IMG/VR virus record: IMGVR_UViG_3300044266_000349
Span: 11,149 to 75,148 of that record
DNA from: a virus
Taxonomy: Duplodnaviria; Caudoviricetes
Reading direction: 5' to 3' (one strand)
Length of the DNA stretch: 64,000 bases
Positions 8,269 through 16,519 of this stretch are shown piece by piece. The number at the start of each line of letters is the position of its first letter. The first letter of the stretch is position 1. The notes under the pieces were generated by a model that made no database searches, had not been told where the DNA came from, and saw only the letters and a program-made list of their open reading frames with translations. Made by a program: the position numbers and the translations under genes.

Positions 8269-8802
8269 TTGAAGAAAACAATTATTGCTCTCACAATGGG
8301 TACTTTGATGGGCGCCGTATCTGCTGCTACAGTCAGTCTAGATGTGGATCATGTCAAAGATGACAAGACTCATGCCAAGAGCACTGCACAATATTTGCGT
8401 GTGAATGGCACAGTTGACGGCCTAGACCTTGGTCTTCAGGCTCGGACAGCCACCTTCGCTAAAGGTGGAATGGTGAATAGTCTTGAATTGACCGCTGGCT
8501 CTAAGATGGGTCCTGTTGCCGTATTTGGTGGTGTAGGATTTGACAATGGTTTGAATGGTGTTAAGCCATTTGAGTATGGGCTTCTTGGTGCATCTATGGG
8601 TGCCAAGTTCGGTGTTCTGAATACGTTTGCCGGTGTTAAGACCCGTGTAAATTTCAACTCTACAAATCCTAAGCAAACTGTAATGTTTGCAGGTGCCACT
8701 ATGCCTGTTACCAAGGGTCTTTCTCTTGATGCTGGCGTTAGCAAGAGTTTCCAGACAATCAAAGAGACCGCTGTTGGTCTAGGCGTAAGCGCCAAGTTTT
8801 AA
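8269..8802 (+). CDS. outer-membrane beta-barrel protein (porin-like) with signal peptide
   Basis: SD AAGGAG plus TTG 8269; signal peptide KKTIIALTMGTLMGAVSA; alternating amphipathic strands; terminal Phe (GLGVSAKF). Confidence 0.75.
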   Translation: MKKTIIALTMGTLMGAVSAATVSLDVDHVKDDKTHAKSTAQYLRVNGTVDGLDLGLQARTATFAKGGMVNSLELTAGSKMGPVAVFGGVGFDNGLNGVKPFEYGLLGASMGAKFGVLNTFAGVKTRVNFNSTNPKQTVMFAGATMPVTKGLSLDAGVSKSFQTIKETAVGLGVSAKF

Positions 8803-8819
8803 TCTAATAGGAGTTTAAT

Positions 8820-9032
8820 ATGAAATCAGTTATCGCACTTGTATTGGCTGCTTTTGCTGCCTCTTCTTTTGCTGCCGATGCTGCTAAGCCAGCTGCTGCC
8901 GCTTCTGCTGCAGCTCCTGCTTCTGCCGCTTCTGCTGCTAAGAAGGAAGAAAAGAAAGCCGAGAAGAAGGCTGCTCACGAAGCTAAGAAAGCCGAAAAGA
9001 AGGCTGAAGCTGCTTCTGAAGCCAAGAAGTAA
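8820..9032 (+). CDS. small exported Ala/Lys-rich protein
   Basis: SD TAGGAG; signal peptide MKSVIALVLAAFAASSFA; then AAxPAAAS and KKAEKKA repeats; strong GCT/AAG codon bias. Confidence 0.75.
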   Translation: MKSVIALVLAAFAASSFAADAAKPAAAASAAAPASAASAAKKEEKKAEKKAAHEAKKAEKKAEAASEAKK

Positions 9033-9045
9033 TCTTCTCACAGTT

Positions 9046-9070
9046 TTGCCGGGTCTGTAAAACCCGGCCA
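9046..9070 (+). other. GC-rich hairpin without U-tract (processing/stabilising stem or weak terminator)
   Basis: TTGCCGGGT-ctgtaaa-ACCCGGCAA perfect 9-bp inverted repeat. Confidence 0.5.
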
Positions 9071-9087
9071 ACCAAACACAAAGAACT

Positions 9088-9603
9088 ATGATTAAGAAAA
9101 CACTACAAGCATTTGCCTTGTTTGCTGTCTTATTCTTTTCATATTTTGCTACGGTTTCGGTGACAGAGAAATTGTACCACAAGCATGTGGAATATCAAAT
9201 ACGAAAAGATTACACCAGACAAGTAGAATGCCTCGCCAAAAACATATATTATGAATCGGCAACTGAGCCGTATGAAGGCAAACTGGCGGTCGCACAAGTG
9301 ACCATTAATCGTACTAACAATCCGAATTTTCCGTCAGATTTTTGTTCGGTCGTTTATGAAAGAAACGAAAAAACCTGTCAATTTTCATGGACTTGTATGC
9401 AGTCATATGTAAAACATCCAGATGAATACACTTGGGAAGAATGTATGAACATTGCAAAGATGGCCATGTTAAAACCAGCGTTGCATCGTGAATTGGCTTT
9501 CTCTAAAGCAATTTATTACCATGCAACTTACATATCACCTGGCTGGAAAAACGTAAGAATGGTTAAGAAAATCGGTTCTCACGTTTTCTATACTCCGGCA
9601 TAA
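9088..9603 (+). CDS. SleB-type cell wall hydrolase (Hydrolase_2) with N-terminal membrane anchor
   Basis: CLAKNIYYES, AVAQVTINR, CQFSW, YYHA, IGSHVFY motifs. Confidence 0.9.
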   Translation: MIKKTLQAFALFAVLFFSYFATVSVTEKLYHKHVEYQIRKDYTRQVECLAKNIYYESATEPYEGKLAVAQVTINRTNNPNFPSDFCSVVYERNEKTCQFSWTCMQSYVKHPDEYTWEECMNIAKMAMLKPALHRELAFSKAIYYHATYISPGWKNVRMVKKIGSHVFYTPA

Positions 9604-9611
9604 AAGATGGC

Positions 9612-9646
9612 GCAAGTCCGAAAGGGCTTGCCTCTTTTCTTTTTTC
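9612..9646 (+). terminator. rho-independent terminator
   Basis: GCAAGTCC-GAAA-GGGCTTGC stem (one G.U) followed by CTCTTTTCTTTTTT. Confidence 0.8.
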
Positions 9647-9656
9647 ACTATACAAT
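9628..9656 (+). promoter_or_regulatory. sigma70-type promoter for gp33-gp59, overlapping the terminator
   Basis: TTGCCT 9628-9633, 17 nt, TACAAT 9651-9656. Confidence 0.55.
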
Positions 9657-9683
9657 CCCATCACACTAACTCTCTGTTATATT

Positions 9684-9905
9684 ATGCCAACCAGAAATGA
9701 AATTAATGATTTTAGTTTGATGATTGATAACCTTGCTGAAGATTTAATCTGTACAAGAATGGATGCAATCATTCATCACTGTGAAAAAACAGGAATGGAA
9801 TTAGAAGTAGCCTCTACACTCATATCTGCTGCACTTAAAGCCAAGATTCGTGAAGAAGCCGAAGAACTTAATCTACTACGTTCCACATCTAAATTACCAC
9901 TTTGA
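9684..9905 (+). CDS. gp33: late transcription coactivator
   Basis: DAIIHHCE...LISxxLKxKIxxEAxxLNLL...KLPL pattern; directly upstream of gp59. Confidence 0.8.
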   Translation: MPTRNEINDFSLMIDNLAEDLICTRMDAIIHHCEKTGMELEVASTLISAALKAKIREEAEELNLLRSTSKLPL

Positions 9906-10516
9906 TTACTGATAACTCAGGGTTTGCGGCCTATAATTTGTATCAGGCCATCAAACTCCATTTCACCTCCAGTTACGATTATTTCAAGTACAATGGCAAG
10001 ACCAATGTATCTCAAGACTCGTTTATGCGTAACAAGTCTAAATATTCCTTTTATAAATTGTCTAGGAAATATTCCTATGACGAACTAAAAGATTATTACC
10101 TGTCAAATTTCGTATCACATGATGTGAATTGGGTCGGTGAAATTACCGGTGCAGAAGGTGAAGAGACGTACAAAAAGTGGCAGAAAAGAATCCAGGGCTT
10201 GACATATCTCTTCGAACAAGATACAATGCGTGTCATGGATTCGGTGAATTCTCCTAATGAACTACTGGCAGTTAAAGATGGGCAATATCCAAAACTGTTG
10301 GTATTGTCACAACAAGGAGACATTGCAATTGAAACCTTGGTCATCATGAATGATTTGATGAATTTCTTCCCGATGTGGGATAAAAAAATATCTGATAACA
10401 TCATATGGCCATCGTACAAAAACAAGTGCATAAAGTATTCGCCATTTTTAAATTACGATAGACAAAAGTTCAAAACTATTTTACGAGAAAGTATAGAAAA
10501 TCATGCCGAAGTTTAG
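9902..10516 (+). CDS. gp59: helicase loader
   Basis: AYNLYQAIKLHFT.YDYFKYNGK N-terminus; lies between gp33 and gp32. Confidence 0.85.
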   Translation: MITDNSGFAAYNLYQAIKLHFTSSYDYFKYNGKTNVSQDSFMRNKSKYSFYKLSRKYSYDELKDYYLSNFVSHDVNWVGEITGAEGEETYKKWQKRIQGLTYLFEQDTMRVMDSVNSPNELLAVKDGQYPKLLVLSQQGDIAIETLVIMNDLMNFFPMWDKKISDNIIWPSYKNKCIKYSPFLNYDRQKFKTILRESIENHAEV

Positions 10517-10994
10517 CATATGCAAAATCTATCTTGATATGGATGGTGTCATTTCCGACTTCAGTAAAAGGTATGAAGAACTTTATGGTGAAACACCAGA
10601 ACGCCATGATAGTTCCAAAAAATTCAACAAGAACTTTTCGGATTTTATTGAAGGTGGGCATTTTGCAACATTGGATCCTATGCCAGGTATGATGTTGTTG
10701 GTTGATTTCCTACGCAAGGCACCAGTGCCAACAGAGATTTTATCTTCAACCGCAAGAGAAGATAGACACCATGAAATCGCCAGACAAAAAATGGTGTGGT
10801 TGCAGACCCATGGTATTACATTCAAACCTAACTTTGTTCCTGGTAAAAAATTAAAGAAGAACTATGCTTCTATGGATTCTCTGATTATTGATGATACCGA
10901 AAGTGTGATTGGTGATTGGATGAAAGAAGGTGGTCATACCATTTGGCATCAGAATGTCCCATCAACACTGGCAATCTTGAAGACAATGTTTTGA
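10503..10994 (+). CDS. HAD-family phosphatase, 5'(3')-deoxyribonucleotidase-like
   Basis: IYLDMDGV motif I, ILSS motif II, LIIDD motif IV. Confidence 0.8.
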   Translation: MPKFSICKIYLDMDGVISDFSKRYEELYGETPERHDSSKKFNKNFSDFIEGGHFATLDPMPGMMLLVDFLRKAPVPTEILSSTAREDRHHEIARQKMVWLQTHGITFKPNFVPGKKLKKNYASMDSLIIDDTESVIGDWMKEGGHTIWHQNVPSTLAILKTMF

Positions 10995-11019
10995 CTTCAC
11001 CTAAATAAATGTATATAAT
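10991..11019 (+). promoter_or_regulatory. sigma70 promoter for gp32
   Basis: TTGACT 10991-10996, 17 nt, TATAAT 11014-11019. Confidence 0.8.
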
Positions 11020-11035
11020 GTACAAGGTGGATAAT

Positions 11036-11068
11036 CCGTTAACAAACCGTTTATATTCCGTTTATACG
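11036..11068 (+). repeat. three tandem 11-nt CCGTT(A/T) repeats in the gp32 leader
   Basis: CCGTTAACAAA / CCGTTTATATT / CCGTTTATACG, ending just before the SD. Confidence 0.7.
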
Positions 11069-11079
11069 AAAGGATAATT

Positions 11080-11958
11080 ATGAGCTCATTTGCAAACCTC
11101 AAGCGCCAATCTGGCAATCTTGACAAACTCACGAAAGCTATTGAAGCACTCAATGCTTCATCAGAGGGATCTGATAGCCGTGACAACTACTGGAAACCTG
11201 AAGTTGACAAGTCCGGCAACGGCATGGCAACTCTTCGTTTTCTTCCTGCATCTCCCGGTGATGGTGATGATGCTCTGCCATGGGTGAAAGTATTCTCTCA
11301 TGGATTCCAAGGTCCTGGTGGCTGGTTGATTGACAACTGTCTGACAACCAAGAATCAACAATGCCCTGTGTGTGAGCACAATAACAAGTTGTGGAACTCT
11401 GGTATTGAAGCCAACAAGGAAATTGTGCGTAAACAAAAACGTAAGTTGAATTATATCGCTAACGTTTACATTGTGTCTGATCCTAAGCATCCTGAAAATG
11501 AGGGTAAGGTCTTCCTGTACAAGTTTGGTAAGAAAATCTTTGACAAACTGAATGAAGCCATGAACCCACAATTTGAAGATGAAACACCTATCAATCCGTT
11601 TGATATGTGGAAGGGTGCTAACTTCAAGCTGAAGATTCGTAAGGTTGAAGGATATCAGAACTACGATAAGTCTGAGTTTGAATCTCCTGCACCATTGTCA
11701 CAAGATGATGATGAACTGGAAAGAATCTGGAAGATGGAACACACTCTGAAGGATCTTGTTGATGACAAGCAATTCAAACCTTATGATGAACTTAAATCTC
11801 GTCTGGAGAAAGTTCTTGGATTGAATGGTGATGTACCTGCAGCACGTACTACTGTTGAACAGATGCGATCTGCACCTAAGGTATCACGCCCTGAGCCAGA
11901 ACTAGAATCTGATATGGACGATGATATGGCCTATTTTAGTAAGTTGGCCGAAGACTGA
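11080..11958 (+). CDS. gp32: single-stranded DNA-binding protein
   Basis: WKPEVDKSGNGMAxxRFLP, NCLTT...CPVCE zinc site, FGKKIFDK, GANFKLKI, acidic tail. Confidence 0.97.
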   Translation: MSSFANLKRQSGNLDKLTKAIEALNASSEGSDSRDNYWKPEVDKSGNGMATLRFLPASPGDGDDALPWVKVFSHGFQGPGGWLIDNCLTTKNQQCPVCEHNNKLWNSGIEANKEIVRKQKRKLNYIANVYIVSDPKHPENEGKVFLYKFGKKIFDKLNEAMNPQFEDETPINPFDMWKGANFKLKIRKVEGYQNYDKSEFESPAPLSQDDDELERIWKMEHTLKDLVDDKQFKPYDELKSRLEKVLGLNGDVPAARTTVEQMRSAPKVSRPEPELESDMDDDMAYFSKLAED

Positions 11959-11976
11959 ACCGTGTGAAGGCAGTGC

Positions 11977-12005
11977 AACCCCGCTTCGGCGGGGTTTTTT
12001 ATTTT
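11977..12005 (+). terminator. rho-independent terminator with cUUCGg loop
   Basis: AACCCCGC-TTCG-GCGGGGTT then TTTTATTTT. Confidence 0.92.
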
Positions 12006-13677
12006 ATACTACTCTTGTGCTATAAACAAGCATTCTTCTGAATGTGGGCTCAGTATTTCTTACCGAGATTTTATCCAATTTGAATAAATCTGGTTGTGAT
12101 ATTTTCTTTATTATCTTTGTTGGTTCTTGTTTGTTGACAACTGTTTTTTCTAAAGGATTTACCGGATTCAAGAACTGTCGAATATTTAAATCTTGATTTT
12201 CTTTTGACATTGAAGTGACAGCCTGGCTAACCTTTGTGGAATCCATAGCTTGTATTCTTGGTTCTTCATTCTTAACTAAATTTTCTACTTTTAGTGTTTG
12301 TTTCAAATTACCTTCTTTGTCATATTTGTCACCGTATTGACTATCCCATTGTTTTTGTGCCTGCGACAGTTTATTTTTTTCCATCTGATATTGTACAGCA
12401 CCAACTTTACCAACTTGTGGCAAAGATGATTCGTCCGGTCTAGCACCTACTTTTTCAGGTAAAGCGACTCCAGATTCAATCTGTTGTGGAGTTAACTTTT
12501 GTGCTGATGGAGTCGTTGCAGAATTTTGACGCAACCATTCTTCTTGTTTTTGTTTTTCTTTAGCCACCAAGTCTTTACGCATACCGCTAGGATCATAATA
12601 TTCTGCAAATTTTTTATCCCAATTAATTGCACGAGCACCTGCACCTTCCGGTCTCGTAGGTACTTCTGTGGCCATATTCTGCATCACTTTAATTGATACT
12701 GGCTGAGTTACGGGACCTCTTTCTTTTAATTCTTTTAGTGAACTTTCCAACTTAGAACGCCCACCTAGCTTTTTCATTTCAGCTTCATCATTACGATCCA
12801 GTATGGCCTGTATTTTTTCTGGTGATCCCAAATCATCAATTATTTTACGTAAGTTTTCTTCACCACCATAATGCTTAATGTCATCTGGTAAACCAGATTT
12901 TAAAACTTCTGCGGCTTCTTGTGCAGATAAAGCCCTTGTATTTGGTGTTGCTTTATTCAACCTATTTAAAAATTCACTTATTGCCATGCCAGCCAATATT
13001 GCAGCACCAAAAGCCAAAAATGCAGGATGCATGAACAGTCTGGCTAACCACGGTCCTATTTTGGAAAGTGCCCGCACCCATTCGAATGCTTGCATAATGT
13101 TTTCTATGAGTCCCATTATTTTTCCAAATGGATCATTTTCTTCAGCTTCTTTTTTACTTGTGACACCAACACCAGAAGATTTTAAAATTGCTTTTATGAG
13201 TTCGTCATGCCTCTTTTGTTTTTCATTCTGTTCTTCTTCTTTGAAATTCTGTAATTTTTCAAATCGCAACATATCTTTTTCATGTGTTTTTTTCATGAAA
13301 TTAAATATGCGTTGTAACATTGCCGTATTTTGAGCTTGTGCCTGACCTTTAACAGCAGTCGCACTATTAACTTTACCGACATTACCGCCGGCTATATTTT
13401 TTAACAGTCGAGCATTTTGTGCAAAATATGTTATGTCTTTCTGACTTCTACCTAAAGCTTTACCTAAAAGTGCTGGACCCAAACTTGAACCGCCAGTCAA
13501 AGCTTTAGCCATGTTTAGTGGATCAAATTTTTCTTTAATGCCTGTAACATGCGCTTTGAACTTTTCAGAAATGCCGGCTTTAAATGATTCTTTAATAGAT
13601 TTGCCGGAAGTAATTTCTGTTGCTATTACATCAGAGAGCTTTCTAGCTCTTATATTTGCGGCTTTACGGTATTCCAT
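12004..13677 (-). CDS. putative baseplate hub / tape-measure protein (gp29-like)
   Basis: ATG 13677 follows previous stop; helical low-complexity protein with central hydrophobic segment; downstream of gp26/gp51. Confidence 0.6.
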   Translation of the reverse strand: MEYRKAANIRARKLSDVIATEITSGKSIKESFKAGISEKFKAHVTGIKEKFDPLNMAKALTGGSSLGPALLGKALGRSQKDITYFAQNARLLKNIAGGNVGKVNSATAVKGQAQAQNTAMLQRIFNFMKKTHEKDMLRFEKLQNFKEEEQNEKQKRHDELIKAILKSSGVGVTSKKEAEENDPFGKIMGLIENIMQAFEWVRALSKIGPWLARLFMHPAFLAFGAAILAGMAISEFLNRLNKATPNTRALSAQEAAEVLKSGLPDDIKHYGGEENLRKIIDDLGSPEKIQAILDRNDEAEMKKLGGRSKLESSLKELKERGPVTQPVSIKVMQNMATEVPTRPEGAGARAINWDKKFAEYYDPSGMRKDLVAKEKQKQEEWLRQNSATTPSAQKLTPQQIESGVALPEKVGARPDESSLPQVGKVGAVQYQMEKNKLSQAQKQWDSQYGDKYDKEGNLKQTLKVENLVKNEEPRIQAMDSTKVSQAVTSMSKENQDLNIRQFLNPVNPLEKTVVNKQEPTKIIKKISQPDLFKLDKISVRNTEPTFRRMLVYSTRVV

Positions 13678-13678
13678 T

Positions 13679-15004
13679 TTAAGACATTCCTTGTGACTTT
13701 TCAATTATCGCAGGAGGAACGTATCTTACTTTTTCCGATCCTCTGCGCGCTGCAGGTGGTACAATAGCTGTTTGTGTGGGTGCTTGTGGCGTATTTCCTT
13801 CCAACTTTGCAGTTGTTTGTATACTTTGTTTAAGGTCCTTATTTTCTTTTGCTGCAGCAGATATTTTATCCGATATATTACCTGGAGGAGCAGGTACAGC
13901 TTCAGGAACCGCATCTACTCCTTTTCCTGCAAATTTACCCGAACCTTCATCGACACCTGTTTGGCCAGTAAATTGTAAGTGAAAATGGCCGCCCGTAGCA
14001 TGTGCGGAGGGTCTGGCATATTCATCAATTACATAACCACCAGTTTGTTGTGCAAGTTTTTGTGCAAATTGTTGCCTTAAATCATCATTCGTGGCAATCT
14101 CTTTGGGTAATACAAAATCTACCGCAAGACCTTTTGTGTGTAATGAATTTGGAGCTTTTTCTGTGTGGAATTGGTCGTTGAATCCTGTGAACACAACACC
14201 CGGAACACTGTCTTTCACAACACCTGCTGCTTTTATAACAGTAGGTGAAATAAATGCTCTTTCTCTTTGTGTTGCACCAACTTTAATATTAAATCCCATA
14301 CGAGATAGATCATCTTCAGAATACGAATTGTCGGATGATGGTATCGTTGAAGTCAGCGCAGCTCCGCCTAATATTCCAGCTGTGATACCAATCTTTGAAG
14401 TGAATTTTGATGATGAAAAAGTGGGAATTCCAGATGAAATTTTTGGTGTGGTTCTGGGGCTTGTTATTTTTTTACCAGAAATAAAAGTTTTTTTCGTTGA
14501 TATTGGTCTGGTATATGGTTTTTTCTTAGTTTTAGGTTTAGATTCTGCTGATTTTTTTGGTCTGCTGGTTTTAATTTGTGTTGTTTTCTTCGGCGCCGCA
14601 GCCATACTGTTCACCGATTTATTATTTTCTCGTTTCTTTTTTTCCGGTAAAGATTTGGTAGTTTTCGAATCTTGTGGTTCTGCAATAGATTGCTCTATTT
14701 TATTTTGTTCTTTTTGTGCTCTGTCTGTCGTATCTTGATTGGCCGAAATTTTTTCTCCAAAGGCATCCAGTAATTCTTTATGTCTCTTATTTTCCAATAT
14801 ACCATCAAGTTGGTTTCTCTTTTCTTCTATCTCAAACTGTAATTGTTTAACTTCTTCCGCATCGAGCAAGAATTTATAAATTTTATCCAAAATTGTAGTT
14901 TGAGGAGAAACACTTTCCACATTTTCTGGAAGCGAATTAAAATTGAGCAACGAAGACACAATCGTCTTCATTGCATCTGATACGACAGGCTTTGCTGTTT
15001 CCAT
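13679..15004 (-). CDS. putative hub/tape-measure-associated protein with M15-type zinc peptidase domain
   Basis: SLHTKGLAVD (H-x6-D) and GGHFH (HxH) motifs; Lys-rich linker; follows gp51. Confidence 0.65.
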   Translation of the reverse strand: METAKPVVSDAMKTIVSSLLNFNSLPENVESVSPQTTILDKIYKFLLDAEEVKQLQFEIEEKRNQLDGILENKRHKELLDAFGEKISANQDTTDRAQKEQNKIEQSIAEPQDSKTTKSLPEKKKRENNKSVNSMAAAPKKTTQIKTSRPKKSAESKPKTKKKPYTRPISTKKTFISGKKITSPRTTPKISSGIPTFSSSKFTSKIGITAGILGGAALTSTIPSSDNSYSEDDLSRMGFNIKVGATQRERAFISPTVIKAAGVVKDSVPGVVFTGFNDQFHTEKAPNSLHTKGLAVDFVLPKEIATNDDLRQQFAQKLAQQTGGYVIDEYARPSAHATGGHFHLQFTGQTGVDEGSGKFAGKGVDAVPEAVPAPPGNISDKISAAAKENKDLKQSIQTTAKLEGNTPQAPTQTAIVPPAARRGSEKVRYVPPAIIEKSQGMS

Positions 15005-15196
15005 TTATTTTTTTCTCTGCATCTCTTTTAATTTTTGATTTTCTTCCTCAATATACTGTATTAATAAATTCACATAAATGTCTCTCTCCCACGGCAACAT
15101 ATTTTCGAGTTCGGTCAAGCTATATTTGTGGTGTTGCATTAAGGAGAAGTTCGTTGTATAATAGTTTCTCAAATCATCATGACGAAGTATTAACCG
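15005..15196 (-). CDS. gp51: baseplate hub assembly protein gp51-like reading frame (not in ORF track; probably reached by -1 frameshift from gp26)
   Basis: Frame reads RLILRHDDLRNYYTTNFSLMQHHKYSLTELENMLPWERDIYVNLLIQYIEEENQKIKEMQRKK*; first ATG at 15139 has no SD. Confidence 0.8.
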   Translation of the reverse strand, partial: RLILRHDDLRNYYTTNFSLMQHHKYSLTELENMLPWERDIYVNLLIQYIEEENQKLKEMQRKK

Positions 15197-15915
15197 AAAA
15201 AACTTTCGAGCCCTTCCACATCAATATTGTGGTCGAATCCACATTTACCACACTTCATACGAATAGTTTGTTTTAATCTTGGTAAATTTGTAAAGAATTT
15301 TTCTACCTGATTGAATTGGTCTTGTCTCATAGACTCTATAAAATCTTGCAATTCTTTTGTTGTCTGTTCTTTTGCATAATAATATTGCTCGCCATCATAA
15401 ACCCATTCAATACTCTGTGCAATCAAAGCAAATGTAAGATCGTTTGCATTATCATATTTTGAAAAATTCTTAATGAAACCAAATTCAGGATACTTAAATT
15501 TTATGGTCAATTTATCGTCCAGTTTAATTTCAGGTCCAACTTCTTCATTCATTTCAATTTTCATGTCAAGAAGATTTAATTTGTGTTCCATCAATCCACC
15601 ACATTCTTTATTGTCTACAATGTTGGTGCATTTATATTTTGAATCGACAACCTCACCAACTGACCGTGCTCTGAGATTGATAAAATAATATTCAATGTCA
15701 ACGATTGGCAAAACATCAATATTTACATTGTCAGTTAATGTACAGTTGTTCAGAATATCCTTGACTGCTCTCTGTACATCTTCCCCTTCATTTGATTCCA
15801 TCGCCATCAAAAGATTCTTTTGTTCTTTGACAAGAAATGGTCTAAATTTAATTTTTTTCTTGGAAACAGGAAGTTTCAATTCATAGGTTGGTGTATCAAT
15901 TTTCGGCAAAGCCAT
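15190..15915 (-). CDS. gp26: baseplate hub assembly protein
   Basis: MALPKIDTPTYELKLP...KFRPFLVKEQK N-terminus; C-terminal CxxC then EGLESFF. Confidence 0.9.
   Translation of the reverse strand: MALPKIDTPTYELKLPVSKKKIKFRPFLVKEQKNLLMAMESNEGEDVQRAVKDILNNCTLTDNVNIDVLPIVDIEYYFINLRARSVGEVVDSKYKCTNIVDNKECGGLMEHKLNLLDMKIEMNEEVGPEIKLDDKLTIKFKYPEFGFIKNFSKYDNANDLTFALIAQSIEWVYDGEQYYYAKEQTTKELQDFIESMRQDQFNQVEKFFTNLPRLKQTIRMKCGKCGFDHNIDVEGLESFFG
15196..15202 (-). promoter_or_regulatory. candidate -1 slippery heptamer U UUU UUC
   Basis: gp26 ends GAA AGT TTT TTC GGT TAA; -1 slip enters the open gp51 frame. Confidence 0.7.
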
Positions 15916-15937
15916 AATAACTCCTTCATTTCATGTA

Positions 15938-16519
15938 TTAAATACCAGTTAGTGTTCGTTGTAATGAAGCTGGTGAAGTAAAATCCTTTTGTGAACTCGA
16001 ACGCCAGTAGGTATAGGCAAAAGTAACTAAAAGTTTGTGAAACCCATCACTTGACCAATCCAAATCTAATTGATTAATAGAAATAGGATAAGCTTCAAAC
16101 AACTGCACGGAATATGTTAGATCATCCAATGTGTTGTATTGGTTTATAGTTAAGATAGTGTCATAATCTTTTCTGTATGAAAAATCGTTTGTTTGCGTTG
16201 GGTTTATTATCTCTAACCAACTATCAAATATCTTTTTCTCACTCATCGCACTTTCAACAATCAATGTTAAATCAATATCGTTGTAAGTGGTCAAATATGG
16301 AAGTTTTTGTATAGGTCCATATGTTTTTTGTTCTGTTGTGGCCAGTGTTCTACCGGGAAGTTGAGCATTTTCACATCTAAAAGCTAATTGACGAGCAGCA
16401 AAAGTATCAACTGAAGTGGAAGACACCACTTTAGGTGGAACAGGTATCAAAACATTAAAACGATTTTGTCTGGCCAAATCACCCTTAAAACTATTTTTGA
16501 AGTCGGTTAAACTAGGCAT
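15938..16519 (-). CDS. gp54: baseplate tail-tube initiator (tube fold)
   Basis: LARQNRF, CENAQLPG, EAYPISI..LDLDW, VTFAYxYW. Confidence 0.75.
   Translation of the reverse strand: MPSLTDFKNSFKGDLARQNRFNVLIPVPPKVVSSTSVDTFAARQLAFRCENAQLPGRTLATTEQKTYGPIQKLPYLTTYNDIDLTLIVESAMSEKKIFDSWLEIINPTQTNDFSYRKDYDTILTINQYNTLDDLTYSVQLFEAYPISINQLDLDWSSDGFHKLLVTFAYTYWRSSSQKDFTSPASLQRTLTGI

Noticed and set aside
12878-14738. Plus-strand ORFs opposite the hub genes
   Set aside because: Antisense to well-supported coupled genes; no recognisable motifs.
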